Origin: Sarea resinae
Lineage: Eukaryota
Direction: 5' to 3'
Length of the DNA: 64,000 bases
Assembly: GCA_026026165.1 (NCBI GenBank)
Contig: JAPEUD010000020.1
Span: 248,001-312,000, forward strand
The number at the start of each line of letters is the position of its first letter. Position 1 is the stretch's first letter. Made by a program: the position numbers and the translations under genes. Under the pieces are notes generated by a model. That model was not told where the DNA came from. It ran no database searches and saw nothing but the letters and a program-made list of their open reading frames with translations. Shown here in pieces: positions 48,133 through 61,654 of the stretch.

Positions 48133-50083
48133 ATGAGGTATCTTGACTGGGACGTGATTATCTTTCCTGAAAATTCTAGAGTTCCGATCCAAGAGTTCAA
48201 GACCGGATGTTTCGTGGTTCAAGATCCAGGTAGTTACCCATCACTTCAATCGTGTCTCTACATTGATAATAATGAGGGTAGAAACGACGTTGCAACAGAG
48301 TCATGGCCTGCCTTATACGAATTTTTCGGCCCTTGGACAAATCCCTGCCGTGAACGCGTTCATTCCGAATCTTCCTCAGAACTTTCCATTCAGAGTCTCA
48401 ATACATTGTTGGGAGAAGCCCCCTCCAGTCCGCCGGGCGGATTCAGCCAATCATAACGGCGGGATTGTCATATATGATGCTCGTGTTTTTGTTGACGGAC
48501 ACTGCGTAGGGTGCGCATAATTCCTTTCTTGGCTTATCACGCGGGAAATTTACTGAGTGTTTCACAGGATGATTCTCTTTCAAGAGAGCGGGCCCTGGCC
48601 GCAAGTTATCGGTAAGTTTCAGTCCTGATCGAGACTTAAGCTAAGCTGACTGCGATATAAGATCATTCTTTAGGTATGAAAATGCTTTTGTGCTTCCCTC
48701 GCAGTCGTTAACGAGAGGTGAACTCCCAGAATTCGACAAGAATGGCAATCGCGAAAGCCTCAAATTCCCTCCCTTTCACCAAGAGCTCTTATCACAAAGC
48801 TGGTGGAACCCCGCTGAAGACCTCGGTCGCATCAAAGTTTTGATTTCGGAAGGCTTTCCGAGGGAGAGACACCGTCCTCCCTTCGAGCGCGTCAAGAACA
48901 TTGTGATGTTCACCTTTCAACATGCTCCGCTCAGTATGGTATCTTATTCTATTAACGTCTCAAAACATCCCGCTAATCTTCCGATGTAGAAACATTGGAA
49001 TCGGCTGGCATCGCCTGGCCTAATCCGTCAATGTGGTACCAAATGCCGCAAGCACTTTACCAGTCACCTCGTAAAGACCAAAGTTTTGATTCTACTGCTC
49101 ATTCGCATTCTCCCCGCCGCCGCAATAGCAGCGGTGGACAAACTCAAACCTTACCTTCGCTCCCCGGGCCATACCACCACTTCAACTCCATGGGTCCTCC
49201 CAGTCTCCCTCTCCAGGGATCAGCTCTACCAAACAATCAGTGGGTACCACTTCTCCCCACACCAGATCCCTTTCTGAGCGGGTCCAATCGTTTCACACAT
49301 CGAGGCTGGGCTGGACGGTTGAGTTCGGGGGACCAATCAATGCCCGATTATTCGCATTCTATCACTCCAGTAAGTAGTCGCAGTATCACGGCGAGCGACG
49401 TAGTCATGCACAGCAAACCTTCAAGCGTAACCGATCCACTTCACGATGAGCAATATGACGAACTTGTCAAAGCATTGACCCCCAACAAGGATGGCCTAAG
49501 CGGCACGTTCGCTCCTGCCAACACGCGTTCAAGCAGCACCGCGACGAATCCAATACAACTCCTGAAGCCCTCTGCTGCTGCTGACGCCAGAGCTGCTACA
49601 TACGTACAAGTACACAGACGCAAGTCATCAGCTGCGGATTCTCAGTCGCGCGGATTTCGAGAGGTTTCGGATATCGGCATGAAATCGAAGGTTTCCGAAG
49701 ATGTGCCAGAGTCGACAATGGGCACAGAAGGAAAGATTCAGCATAAGCCGTCTAACAGCATCAGAGGCAAAAAGGAAGGAAAGAAGGGAGGCCGGGACTC
49801 ATCTCCTTCGACCGCAGTCATGTCTAATTCGGCAGAGTATAGACGCCTTCGTCGTATGAGTGGAGTCAATAATACTGCGGACAATGTCAGTGGACCGAAG
49901 AGAAAGAGATCTACCTCTTCAAAACTCGCCACGACCGAAGAGGGGGAGGATCCTAGCCAGAGTTCGCCCATTAGGAAGGCATCCAGGCCAGGGCTCCGCA
50001 GTGGCCATAGCGAGTCGGCAGCTGGTGACAAGTCTGAGGGTCTTTCCAACAGTCCCCTAGCCACAATACAAAACGCTCAGTGA
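48133..50083 (+). CDS. Conserved fungal protein of unknown function, multi-exon, with a 12-nt microexon (48662-48673)
   Basis: MRYLDWDVIIFPENSRVPIQEFKTGCFV...PFRVSIHCW...WPQVI|DHSL|EFDKNGNRESLKFPPFHQELL...FQHAPL|KTLESAGIAWPN, then a long S/P-rich disordered tail; consistent GT-AG introns. Confidence 0.8.
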
Positions 50084-50743
50084 CGGTATCTCCTAATTTC
50101 ATTGGCGTGTGGGGTACTGGACTCGGAATTCTGGGGCAAATCAGCGTGGCATAAACAGTTTCTGCATCCGGTGCCTAGGCGTCTTGCCGTTTTTTTTTTC
50201 ATTGAAATTTCCTCAGTATCGTTATGAATCCGACGGGAGTCTGGAAAGAGCGATTAACTGTTCTGGAGCGCATGTTACTAGGTCTCAAGTATGTTCTTAG
50301 CTGCATCGTTCGCCGTTAGTGTCAAGGTGTCAAAGTGTCATAATGCTCAGTGTTTGTGGTGAGATGAAGTTTAGCCTTGCATGAAGTTAGATAAGGATTG
50401 CCAGCGAAGACATGATGAGGCACGGTAGTCTGCCGTGCCACCCTTCTTCAATACCTCATCGGCCAGATCACCCGGATGAAGACTAGAACACTTCTCAATC
50501 GCCCACCTGTGACTAGATATCATATTCACCTTGCTTCAATGCATGTGATCCTTCGGCTTCATTGGTAAAGTAGGCTGATCTGCACTAACCGTGCTTCGTT
50601 GATATTCTCGCAATTCTTTTCTTGATTGAAACACTTCTATCGATATAGGTATCCATCAAAGTTTCTATACTTGCATTAATAAAGTGAGTACCCGGTTCTG
50701 CAGAGACAAGACCAGCTGAGCTTTAGCAAATTCACCAGCAAAC

Positions 50744-52322
50744 ATGGCGGATCTACTGCGATGTCTGCGATTTCCCAACCTTCCGTACGCCTCAAGCACG
50801 GATGGTATAACCAAAGAAGGCCAGGCGGCGAGCGGTGAGGGCTCAATGATCGTTTCTGGCTCGGACGCTGAGCCGACCATGGGCCAGCGCTCAAGTACCG
50901 TGGCACCCGCCAATGTTTACAACAACGTTGAAGACTACCTCGCGCACAACGAAGACCTACTACATACTCGCAAGAGGCAGCAAGCGACCAGCAAAACAGC
51001 CAAAGGCCAAGATGTCAGTTCGTCAAAGGAGGCTGGGCTGGGTCTCTTTTCTGGGAAGATCAGCGGGCCGGAGACATCTGGGGCTATAGCTCGGCTCTAC
51101 ATGATGGCCCAGAAACTTCGTGTCAAGGTGGAATTTGATGTGCACGAGGCTTCTCCACAGATACCTCCCCTATTTCAGGCTTCATTGAGATTGGACGGCA
51201 AGGAGATCGAGCATGATGGCACTGCTTATTTCAACAAGAAAGAGGCGAAAGCCGCGGTGAGCCTCAGGGGCATCGAGCTCCTGGAGAGGATGGACGAAAA
51301 GCGTGAGGCTGAAAGCAAAATGGATAAGAACGAGAATTGGATCGGCTTGCTAGCCGGTAAGTGGTCCTACTTCCCCATTTCGCGTTCTCCGGTACGGATA
51401 AGACCGCGAGGATGGCAGAGAAAACGTATTTCTTTCTTTGGATCTTCATTTGTGACCCTCTCGTGGCAGAATACTGTGTAGCAGAAGGTATCGCGCCTCC
51501 CGCATATGATTTCCACCAAGTCGAGGACCAATTGAAGTTTGTTTGCTCGGTGCGTATAGAGAAGCGTCTTGAAGCCTTTGGAAGCAGCTCAAAGCTGTTT
51601 CCAACCAAGAAGGCCGCCAAAGCAAATGCCGCATCCGAGGCTGTGGAGTGGTTGAGAGAAACCAGTCTCTTGGAGAAGGATTGCCAGCACCCAAAGAAGA
51701 AGAAGCGGCTTGGGAGCTCCCATAACACAGCTCCGATCGTCAGTGGCGGATCGATGTCCGTCGGAGAAGAGAAGCTCATCAACGAACAAGAGGATGCCGT
51801 CGAAGTGCAGAAGGTCACTAAAGGACAGAAGACTCTCGGCGAACAAGAGGCCCTTCGATCAGTCAAGGAAATCTCGTTCGCAAAGAAGGTCAACGGTAAA
51901 TCTTCACCCCACTTCTCCAACCCTCATTGAAGTAACCCCTGCTTCCGCCAACCCCACCCAAAAAGAAAAGAAGCCTTCCTTACGTGTCGACTCCGCTAAC
52001 CCTTGATGCTGCTCCCCCCCTCTCTTTCGCTTCCATAGATCTTTGTCCTCTCCTGAACTTCTCAGCCCCGGAATACCGTCTTGCTTCCACCGAACAGGCG
52101 CCGACTATCTACTCCGGCGCCGCCTATTTCACAAATGATCCACTAGTAAAGGGCCCCATCGGCGCAATACGCCACGTCCGGGGCCGGAAAGTAGCCAAGG
52201 AGCAGTGTGCGAAGAAGGTGCTGGAGTTTCTAGTTGCTGAGGCAAAGATGAGGGATGCGCTACCGTATCTGAGGGAGGAGGCTTTGAGGATGGGATTTTC
52301 CGTCAACAACCTGGCAGATTGA
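50744..52322 (+). CDS. Protein with three dsRNA-binding-domain-like modules; introns 51357-51469 and 51896-52038; start uncertain (50744, 50846 or 50879)
   Basis: Three alpha-beta-beta-beta-alpha-like units ending FNKKEAKAAVS, FPTKKAAKANAA and GRKVAKEQCA (KKxAK motif); ENWIGLLA|EYC. Confidence 0.75.
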
Positions 52323-53342
52323 ATAGGGAATCCATCGATATGGTGTGGAGAGGAGATCCGCCGCAAGTGGCAACCCAAACAGAGCGCTGATTTCGGGCAT
52401 TCGGGTGCGCATGAGGTGCTCGGCTGGTCACGGCCTGCCTTGCATGCTACGACTTACGAATGTTATGATCCTTACTTCAAATTATAATGACCACAGAGAA
52501 AGCGAGAAACAGAGATCCAACCCCATTCATAGATGCTGATCCTGAATCTACTTAGACCTTGACTGAAAATAAGATTCGAAGAATACCCAAATAAGAAAAA
52601 AGAACGAAAAACACCTGCGGTAATTTTGAAGCATCCACATGAAATCGAGGACAAAATAGAGAACACAGCAAATAGACAGCAAAACTCCTCCCCTTTCTCA
52701 AGATCTCACACGCGTAATCGTAAATACAGACACATAGCTTAGCTTTGTCCAGGATGAAGGAATGAATGGATAGAGAGAATAAGAGGTTATGAAAAAAAAT
52801 ATGAAGCAGCATTCACCTTTACTCCCCAAAATCGCACGCCCCGCGTAGTGAGAGTTGTAGGCATTGATCAGACCCCCTATCCTCGTGCCCCCTGAAACAT
52901 TCGAAATAGAACTGTAAATATTGAAAGTGATGCATATCGAGCGTGGAAAAGGTGGAATCGGATTGAGATGGAAATTTTCACTTCAAGCCCCATCCCAGCT
53001 GATTAAAGAAAATGTCAAAACCAGCGATCGCCGTGCGTGCACGACGCAAGCGAATGAATATCAAATAGTGACTGGTGAAGTCCAGCATAAAGAAAGAAGC
53101 GCGAAAGCAGTGCTGATCCTATACGAACCCTAATCCACCCAAAAAGGATCATATCTCGAAGCGTTATTTAACGCCAATACTGCAAGTTAACCTCCTTCTT
53201 TCGCCAAATTCTAACCAAATTTGCATCTGAGAATATCAAATAGACCGAGTGCAAGTAATGGTGGATCAAGCAGCTAATCCAATCAAACTGCCGAACGCAG
53301 CCTCGTCAAACTTTATAAAGCATTCCACCAAACGCCGAATGA

Positions 53343-56029
53343 TTAAGCATCAGTTCCTGCCTCTACTCCGTCAGGGTTGCCGTAACCAAGTCCTGGATCA
53401 AAGTTAAAGGCCCCAGTCCCACCATTCTCATCTGTATTGAGGAAGGAGTCGAAATCGAAGCTCTCCAATACATCGTTACTGTCGAGTGATCCAAAATCGA
53501 GATTGAAAGCCGCAGCCTGATAAGAGTATATGATGTCAGTGACTATCTCTGCAAACTTGACTTTTCCCATGCTTATTTGATGGATGGGGGCCTCTTACAT
53601 CCGAGCCATCCATAGATGCAAAGGGTGCTGCTTGCGCGGGATCCGGTTGGGGAGGAGCAATAGGAGGCGCCTGTGCTGGTGCGGATGTTGCAGGCTGGGA
53701 AGTCCCAGATTGAGCGGGGCCTGCTTGCCCTTTCTGATTGTTGAAGGAGTTCGGATGGACTGGAGTTATGGGGGTCGAAGGCGTTGGCGTTGGTGGGGGT
53801 TCTGCTTCAGAGTTCGGCGTAGCTGCTGCGGCAGTTGGCCCTTTCTTCGTGGCTCGCTTGTGGAATGTTAGCCTCGCTTTCACGATGTTCTTTGTTCCAT
53901 TTGACAAACCTTGCGCGGCTCCTTGCCCTCTTTCTTCCCCTTAGGATTTGCCTTGTTTGATTGCTGTGGAGTCGGCGGTGCCGCATTCTGCTGAGGAGAT
54001 GAAGGTTGGGTCCTACCGCTGGCCGCTCCCGCAGCTGGAGCTTGTGGTGGTGGCATAGCATTCCGTTGCTGAGGTGTACCCAGAGGCTGAGCTGGCTGAC
54101 CCGATGGCTGTTGCATCATCGAAGCGCCCTGCGGACCTTGTTGCCAATTGCCGCTTGAAACCCGATTCCCGGCTTGTGATCGCGTCATGGCGTCGAATTG
54201 TTGCTGGTTGATAGGTTGTCCGTTACTGAATCCTTGGGGGTGTGAGCTTGGCGGCCGCATTACATTGCCGTTGGCCGAACCGCCAATCATATTCTCGCCC
54301 ATGCCTTTCATCTGATGGTAGAACTGTGGAGGGACGTCTTGCGGTATCTGTCCAGGGTTGAAGTTCATCGCTGCAGGAGAGCCTCGAGTTTGGGGGATGC
54401 TACCGTCCGGTAATGGTGATCCAGGTGGTCCAGCTTGACCCATCTTTGGAGTTCCTCTCTTCATCTGATCATTAGGGTTTGGTGACGGCCCGGCTCTACT
54501 GTTCTGAGGCGACATCCCTGGTGGAAAACCAGGCTGGGCACCAGGCCCGGGTTGTCCGTCAACACGGGTCATGCTGTCTTGCTCTTGCCTAGCCATCAAG
54601 AGCCGCTTCTTGTTTTGTTGCTCAAGGAGCATCAGCTGCATTTGATAGTCCTGTAATGCGTGATTGCCGCCTTGGCCGTTGGGGCCCATACGAGGGACGC
54701 CGCCAGCATAAAACTCATTCATGAGATTTTGGCTATCTGCGCCGGCCTGCATCATAGGGGAGCCTTGGTTCGAGAGTGCAGGATTGGGCATCCCCTTTAA
54801 GGCCTGGTTGTGAGCTGACCGTTGGTGTGAAGCTAGGTTTTGAGCGTATACTTGAATGGACTTTGCTTGCACAGCTGGATTTTGCTGCTGAAAAGAGTTG
54901 AACTGCGAGTTGGTGAGTGCGCCGGGATTTATTCCATTCTGCATCAAAAGATGATTTGCTTGAAGGGCGGACGCGTTGTGCGAGTTGCCCACCTGCTGGC
55001 CTTGCATTCCCTGCAGCTGTCTACCATTGGGTCCCAACTGCTGTCCATTGATTGCTGCACCTTCAAGCCGCGGACGTTTTGATGGGGAGGGAGCGTTCTC
55101 CGCTGATGATGGGGATTGGGGGCGGGGATGCCCATTTATGTCAACGTCCGAATTATCTCTCTGCATTTGTTGCTGCATCATTTGCTGGTTCTTTGCCATT
55201 TGCGACAATTGTTGTGGGGTCCTATCGTTCATGTCAACATATTTGCAATCTTCGAAAGAGGCCAAAGTTCGAATGGATGAAGAAGTGCGACAAGGTCTGC
55301 TTACGGTTGAACATACGCGTTGCGGTTGTTATTTTGAACAGCTCTGCGCTGAAGCTCGTTTGGGGCCATCATTCCATTGGCATGCATTCCGCGCATCATG
55401 CTCTGGTTAAAGATTTGGTTCGGGATCATCTGCGGATTCATCTGCCGTAGCATTTGCTGTTGTTGCTCTTGTCTCAAACGCGATTGTTGCTGCAAGCCGA
55501 TTAGTTGACAAGCTCATCGAGTTACTAGAGGTAGCTATACCTGGGTATGCTGGATGTACTGCAGGGCCGGGCCACCCTCCCCGGGTTTCGGTTTCCTCCG
55601 TTGAGCAAGAAAAATATCCCAAAACAAGCACCACCAATCGAACAAGAATGAGCTGTCTGGGCAGTCCGAGGGTACGCTGGGGATAGGAAGATCATCTGGA
55701 CGTTTCGAGAGAATATCGTCTTTCGAATCCGTATCCATCGTGTTCTCGTCAGTGCCGTTGACATCACCGTCGCGACGATGTCCAGGGCTTGTTTTTGCCT
55801 GCGGCGAGTTGCTGATATTGAGGCTTACGTCGCTATGAACCAAAGCCCGAGCACAGTCGTAGAGCTCATTCTTCAGAAAGTAGTCGTAGATGTAGGTGTT
55901 CAGCTGTGTCCTACTCTTATCGGACACTGCTGTATTTCCTCGGGGTCCATTGGTACCATTGTTCATCATTGGTATACCACCAACTGGACCTCCAGTTGGG
56001 TTGATCCCGGCCATGTTCATATGATTCAT
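53343..56029 (-). CDS. som1: LisH/LUFS transcriptional regulator Som1/SomA (Flo8/Mfg1-like), multi-exon
   Basis: QLNTYIYDYFLKNELYDCARAL; SFLFDWWCLFWDIF; NHALQDYQMQLMLLEQQNKKRLLMARQEQD; C-terminal DVLESFDFDSFLN. Confidence 0.93.
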
Positions 56030-58087
56030 ATCAGCGAGTGGATGTGACGCTTAGAACCGAAATTAGTATTGCGCCGAACGATATCCGAAATTTTGCAGCT
56101 GGTGTTTCTCGCTCCGTTGTTGGAACACCTCGTTGCCAATGCGGCGAATTCCCACGTCGCCAAAGACAACCGTTGGCGCGAGACGAGACGAGCGAGGATC
56201 AAAGGTACTTCCGAATTTGGAGGAGCAAAGATAAAGAGCGGGTATCAATCGATGCAGGAGAATGCCAAGGTATTCACGATGTGGCAGGGAGGCATGAACG
56301 AGCTGTGTTCGTCGGATGGTGGTGGTGGTCGTCTGCTTCTCGAAAGGAGATGTCCGAGAAAGCTAATTGCGACCGCAGCCGCTGAGTAAGGACTAATTTG
56401 TTCGGGTCGCACGCAGGTCCGCGTGATGTGAGAAGCGAGCCGGGAGGAGATGGTAATATCAAGATGCTGAATTACCACAGAAACTATGGCGCTTGAGCGA
56501 TTTGATAGCAGTTTGGTGACTGTTCGAAAGGAAGGGATGATGGTATTTGATGGAGGCGATGAGAGGTGATGGCCGATGGGGGAGGATTGATAGGGAAGGC
56601 GGTTACTGTAAGGGTGCTGGTGGAGATGATGCGCTTTCGCTTGTGGCGGGTTTTGGCAAGGTGTGAGTGCGAGGAGCGAGGTGGGAGAGTTCGGGCGGCA
56701 GATCAGCACAACCACGCCAATTGTGGGCAGAGCGCGGCTCCAACGGGCTGGCGGGTACTGGAGTAGCCCGTAGTACCGCAGTAGAGTGTAGGTAGGTACT
56801 TCGTATCTGGAAACCCGAGCTGGAGGCTGGAGAGTGTCTCCACGGGGACCGGTTTGGACCAATCTAGCAACCCAGGGTGGCTTGCTGATGTTTCGGTGCT
56901 TCCCGTCGCCGGACGATGAGGTGCGTTCAAGTAGAGTCGGGCCGTAAGTTCAGTGGTAGGGGCGTTGCAATATTGCTTCGACGCTGATGTGCAATGCCTC
57001 TTTCTCTCTCTGTACTGTAAGGTAGGTAGTGTACGGAGAAGATATCATGGATGGAAGTTAAGCTGGAGTTCCAATTCGCTCGTCTCGTTATTTCGTCTCT
57101 GGTGCCAATGGTTCCCCGATCAGACTGGAACCGAACTCCACGGAGCGATCCGGTCCTCGGGCTCAGCAAGCCAAATTCAACGTCGTCTTCGACCTAGCCA
57201 GAACTTGCAATGGAAGGCATCGACAAGAGGCGGGCGGCGAGACAGGTGAAGGCAATCAGCAGTGTAGACTCTAGGCTGATCAGAAGAGAACGCAAGAGAA
57301 CGTCTGGGGTTTTCGACCTCTGTTCTTTTCCGATTTCTAGTCCACCGACTTGGCCTGCTACTCCGGTACATCGTCACTGGGTTAGGGTTCCCAACGTGGC
57401 TTGCTGCTCCATGATTGGCCTAGAGGTAAAATCCAGGATGGAAGGTACTCGTACCGTACGGTAGTAGATTTCTGTAAAGTGGTGTAGACCGAGGATGTGA
57501 TATTGTGATATGAGTACTTCAGTAGTATCGCCATTCGTTCTGGAATGGAGCAGGCTGGCCCAAATGGTATCTTGCCTTCTACTTCACAGCGTTCGCTGTT
57601 CTACCTGGAATATTCTTCATTGGCACTACAAATGCGGAAAACCAATGAGAAGGAGTCTGAAGTTATATTAGAAGAGGCAATCCGCAATCTTATCTACAGC
57701 AAGATTCGCCAACTTCCAACTTTCTGCAGGCGACCCGAGAAGACTGGCGCGTTCGTTGCTTATCGATTGATAAAGTATAGCTCGAATACGCCTCATACCT
57801 ATTGAGCCGTGAGGCATCAATAGTAGAGCTTCAATGCATCTAGCTTCCTCGCCTTTCATATCTTAAGTCCAGACGTTGATCGAAGGTAAATAAAAAATAT
57901 AGAATACATCTAGCTCCTCATGAGAGAGGAAGTCAATTCATTCAATGCCTCGCTGGCTATTCTTGACAAGATATATCAACAGACAAAGACTCCTTGAAAC
58001 GCCAGTATGCGTGAACCCCGTATACCTATGGGGGCAACAAACCCTTGAGCGCCAAACACACCTTTCCATCTCAGTGGCCCGTCTAAC

Positions 58088-59007
58088 CTATTCGTCATCT
58101 GGTGGCATCTCATCGTCTATATACCTTATGAGAGATACCCTCATTTCCGTATTATCGTTTCCCCGCAAGACGTCGCTTATGAAATGCGCTTCAACCTGCA
58201 TTTGTACCTGCACCACTTGTCAGCCCAAGATCCCTTCCTTCTGAAGTAGGGGGAGGGGTAGAATTGAGGTGACGTGAAGGAATTAGAAAATAGCAAAAGG
58301 AGAAGGCCTCTGATCAGGCTAGATGCAGTTAGTAGAGACAAAGCTCACCATTTCCAAAGCTCCCCTCAAAATGCCACAAAGAATGTTGGAATACCACAGC
58401 TCGTCCTGTGCTTGGCCATCGTCCGGGAGTTCCACAAAGTCCGCTAAAGGATTCTCATCAAATACCAAAGAAAACTGTTTGTTGTCGCTTGTCCAATTGG
58501 TAATCGTTGGTGTAATGTTGAGGAAGATCTTGAAGCCAATCTAGAGCCATGATTACCATCCATTGATCCAAGTTTGTTAGATGGGCCCTTAAATTACCTT
58601 AGAAATCGTCTCTGCTGTCTCCTTGAAGTTTGCGCATCTACCAGTGTTGGACTTGGCCAAGAAATCCTCAATGAGCCGAAGTCCGATATTGTAGCCCATT
58701 TTATCCAGCTGTTTATTAACCTCCATGTAGTCGCTCTCATAATCTTTGCAGAGTTGTGCGACGACCGTTCCGTAAGTGAGCGTAACGAGCTCAGCATTGA
58801 CTTTATCGACTCGGGTTCTAAAAACAAGGTCAGATTCCCGATATGCAAGCAGCTAACGGCAAAGACGGTATATTCGAGTCACTGCCACTCGATCGCTAGG
58901 GAAACTAACTTCCATATTCTGCGGCTATGTCAGCAATAGCATTAGATGACGGTGGTAATATCATGTCCTTACTCTTCACCTATCCTAGCGGCCTTAGTCG
59001 AGGCCAT
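58088..59007 (-). CDS. BET3: TRAPP complex subunit Bet3, multi-exon, with a 9-nt microexon (58910-58918)
   Basis: [31 protein letters not shown]...[16 protein letters not shown]...[13 protein letters not shown]...[17 protein letters not shown]; ends EMPPDDE*. Confidence 0.96.
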
Positions 59008-59556
59008 TGTCGATCTTGCGGTTCAATAACAAGCTTTCGCAAAAGACGAAAGAAGCCCACACTGTTGTGATTTTAGACAACGAAGATATCACAAGATATC
59101 ACACAATGTCAACCTGACAGATCTCCGAAACATGAGAGAAACAGAGCAAGAGAGCAGGTTTGTCGTTCCTGGGGGAAGTTTCGCTGTCTTAACATCTTGG
59201 TATTCACACTGCTAAGCGGGATACTGGGAGGACAGTCATAGCAGTGCGGGTCAAGCGGTAGCTGTGACCTTCTAGGTTCGGCTCGGCGATGCCACTGGGA
59301 AGGTACTGAGTACTCCACAGGCACCCTCGGCCCAGGTGTCTTAGGTTCCCTTCACAATACTGTACGGGGTGCCATTAAAGCCTTAATGTAATAACCTTAC
59401 CTTGAGGTACGCATAAATTAACCATTCGAAAAACATGCTGGCTTGACGACTTGTTGCTTCCCTGATCTGGCATCATCGATTGTCGCAGACTCGTTGAGTA
59501 TTGATTCATTTCTCAGCCAGCATATTACCCGAATTTTTCTTCTATCTTCTCCCAGA

Positions 59557-60939
59557 ATGTCCGCTGAAAAACGACCGGCGTCCGACGCCTTTGACTCTTC
59601 TCAGATGATCGTCAAGAGGCAGAAATCAGGTTCCAACCTTCGCAATGGCGATGCCGTCGCAGTGGTCAACAATTCGACGCAGAATGGCGCGATCATACAA
59701 AGTGTGCGTCTCAGATGCTGTCACATACCAATGAGCAATTTAAATATCTGGGCTAAGCTCATGAGTCTAGGTTCCACGGACCAGTGGTTTACAAGCTCCG
59801 ATAATGGAATTAACGGGTATGGCAAATACTGTCGTTCTTCCCAGACATACAGGCCCTAAACATGCTTTCGATTTTCTAGGTCATTCCGGAGAAGCATTTG
59901 CAGCACGATTCGACCCCACGGGTCAGCATATAGCGTCAGGGTCCATGGATCGTTCCATCAGTACGTTAAGCTCGCAATCTTTTCCTTCAGCAATGACTTG
60001 CTAATCCAGTTCTCAACAGTGTTATGGCGGACTTACGATGAATGCGAGAACTACGGGGTCCTTACCGGACACAAAGGAGCAATTTTGGACCTTCAATGGT
60101 CTCGCGATTCAAAAATTATCTTTTCAGCTTCCGCCGATACCATGTTAGCCAGCTGGGACTTAGAGACAGGACTGAGAATCAGACGGCATGTAGGTCATGA
60201 AGAAGTGATCAACAGTCTGGACGTAGGCAAACGCGGCGAGGAACTCCTTGTCAGTGGCTGCGACGATGGATACATTGGGGTAAGAAGCGCTTTCACATAC
60301 TCAGTCATCCGAGCAGACGATTGCTGATAATGTATGCGCAGATTTGGGATCCGCGACAAAAAGACGCGGTTGATTTTATAGAAACCGAGTTTCCTATCAC
60401 AGCCGTGGCACTGTCTGAAGCCGGCAACGAGCTCTACTCTGGCGGCATTGATAATGATATCAAAGTTTGGGACATGCGCAAGAAAGCTGTGGCTTATAGC
60501 ATGCTTGGGCATACTGATACTATCACATCTTTACAGGTATCTCCAGATTCGCAAACCCTACTTTCAAATTCGCATGACTCAACGGTACGGACTTGGGACA
60601 TTCGCCCATTCGCTCCAGTGGAAAGGCATATCAAAACTTATGACGGTGCCCCTACTGGTTTGGAGAAAAATCTGATAAGGGCCAGCTGGGATGCGAAAGG
60701 CCAAAAAATTGCGGCAGGCAGTGGGGATCGGAGCGTCGTTGTCTGGGACGCAGCTTCGGCAAAGCTTCTTTATAAGCTGCCGGGCCATAAAGGGACCGTT
60801 AACGATGCTAGATTCTCGCCTGGAGATGAGCCAATAGGTATGCTCCTCAATGTAATATGCGGTGACTCCTAGCTGACTCGTTCAAGTTGTTTCTTGTTCT
60901 TCGGATCGTACTTTGATGTTGGGCGAGCTAGGGAGATAA
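59557..60939 (+). CDS. U5 snRNP 40-kDa WD40 protein (SNRNP40/Spf38-like), multi-exon
   Basis: VPRTSGLQAPIMELTG|HSGE; WD repeats; EKNLIRASW; LLYKLPGHKGTVND; ends SSDRTLMLGELGR*. Confidence 0.92.
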
Positions 60940-61654
60940 TGAAATCCTCCAGAAAAGGGAAAGCAATGTCGTGCAACTCTTTCGCAACTCGAACTTTCAG
61001 CTCAAGCTTCAGCAAGCGTATCGATCTTCTGTTCGGGCCTCAAACCGGTTCATATCAAGCGACTGTTCAGACGGTGGTCACGAACATAGATGACGACAGC
61101 CAGCCCCCGGACTCTTGAAATAGATATCCGAGCTCCGAGACACCGTGGCAACCAAAGAGCTGAGACACGTCCGCAAGAGAAACATAGGACTAGCATCATC
61201 TGAACATGATGTTCGAACTAATGTAGTAAAGACTTGCCGCGAAGCTCCGTAAACTTCTGCGTAGAATGATGTACGATACTTGCAATAGCTAGCTTATGGC
61301 TTCGGCAATTCTGATTGTTCTCGAGATGGTACCGAACATTATCGCTGTCTTTTCTAGCCGATTGAAATGGTCAAGATTGCTCTATCAAATAAAGGCATGC
61401 CTTGGCCAGGTGCAGCGCAGGGGGAGATACAAGGAAACTTTTATTCCGTCCTTGAGGTATAATCTCGTGTCCATGTTACATGTATAGCTATACTTGAGAA
61501 ATCACCACGATCAACCTGGACCGAATTTCTTCCCCTTATCAAATTAAAGATCCAGTAAAATCACCGATATCGTCGTTTGGGGCATTTCGTGTGTATTGCA
61601 TGTTGTATTTGGAGATACACAGTACGCTCGCCTTCCACCAAGTGCAAGCCGCTG

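Noticed and set aside
59008..59556. BET3/SNRNP40 divergent pair as a functional cluster
   Set aside because: Short bidirectional promoters between unrelated housekeeping genes are common in fungi.
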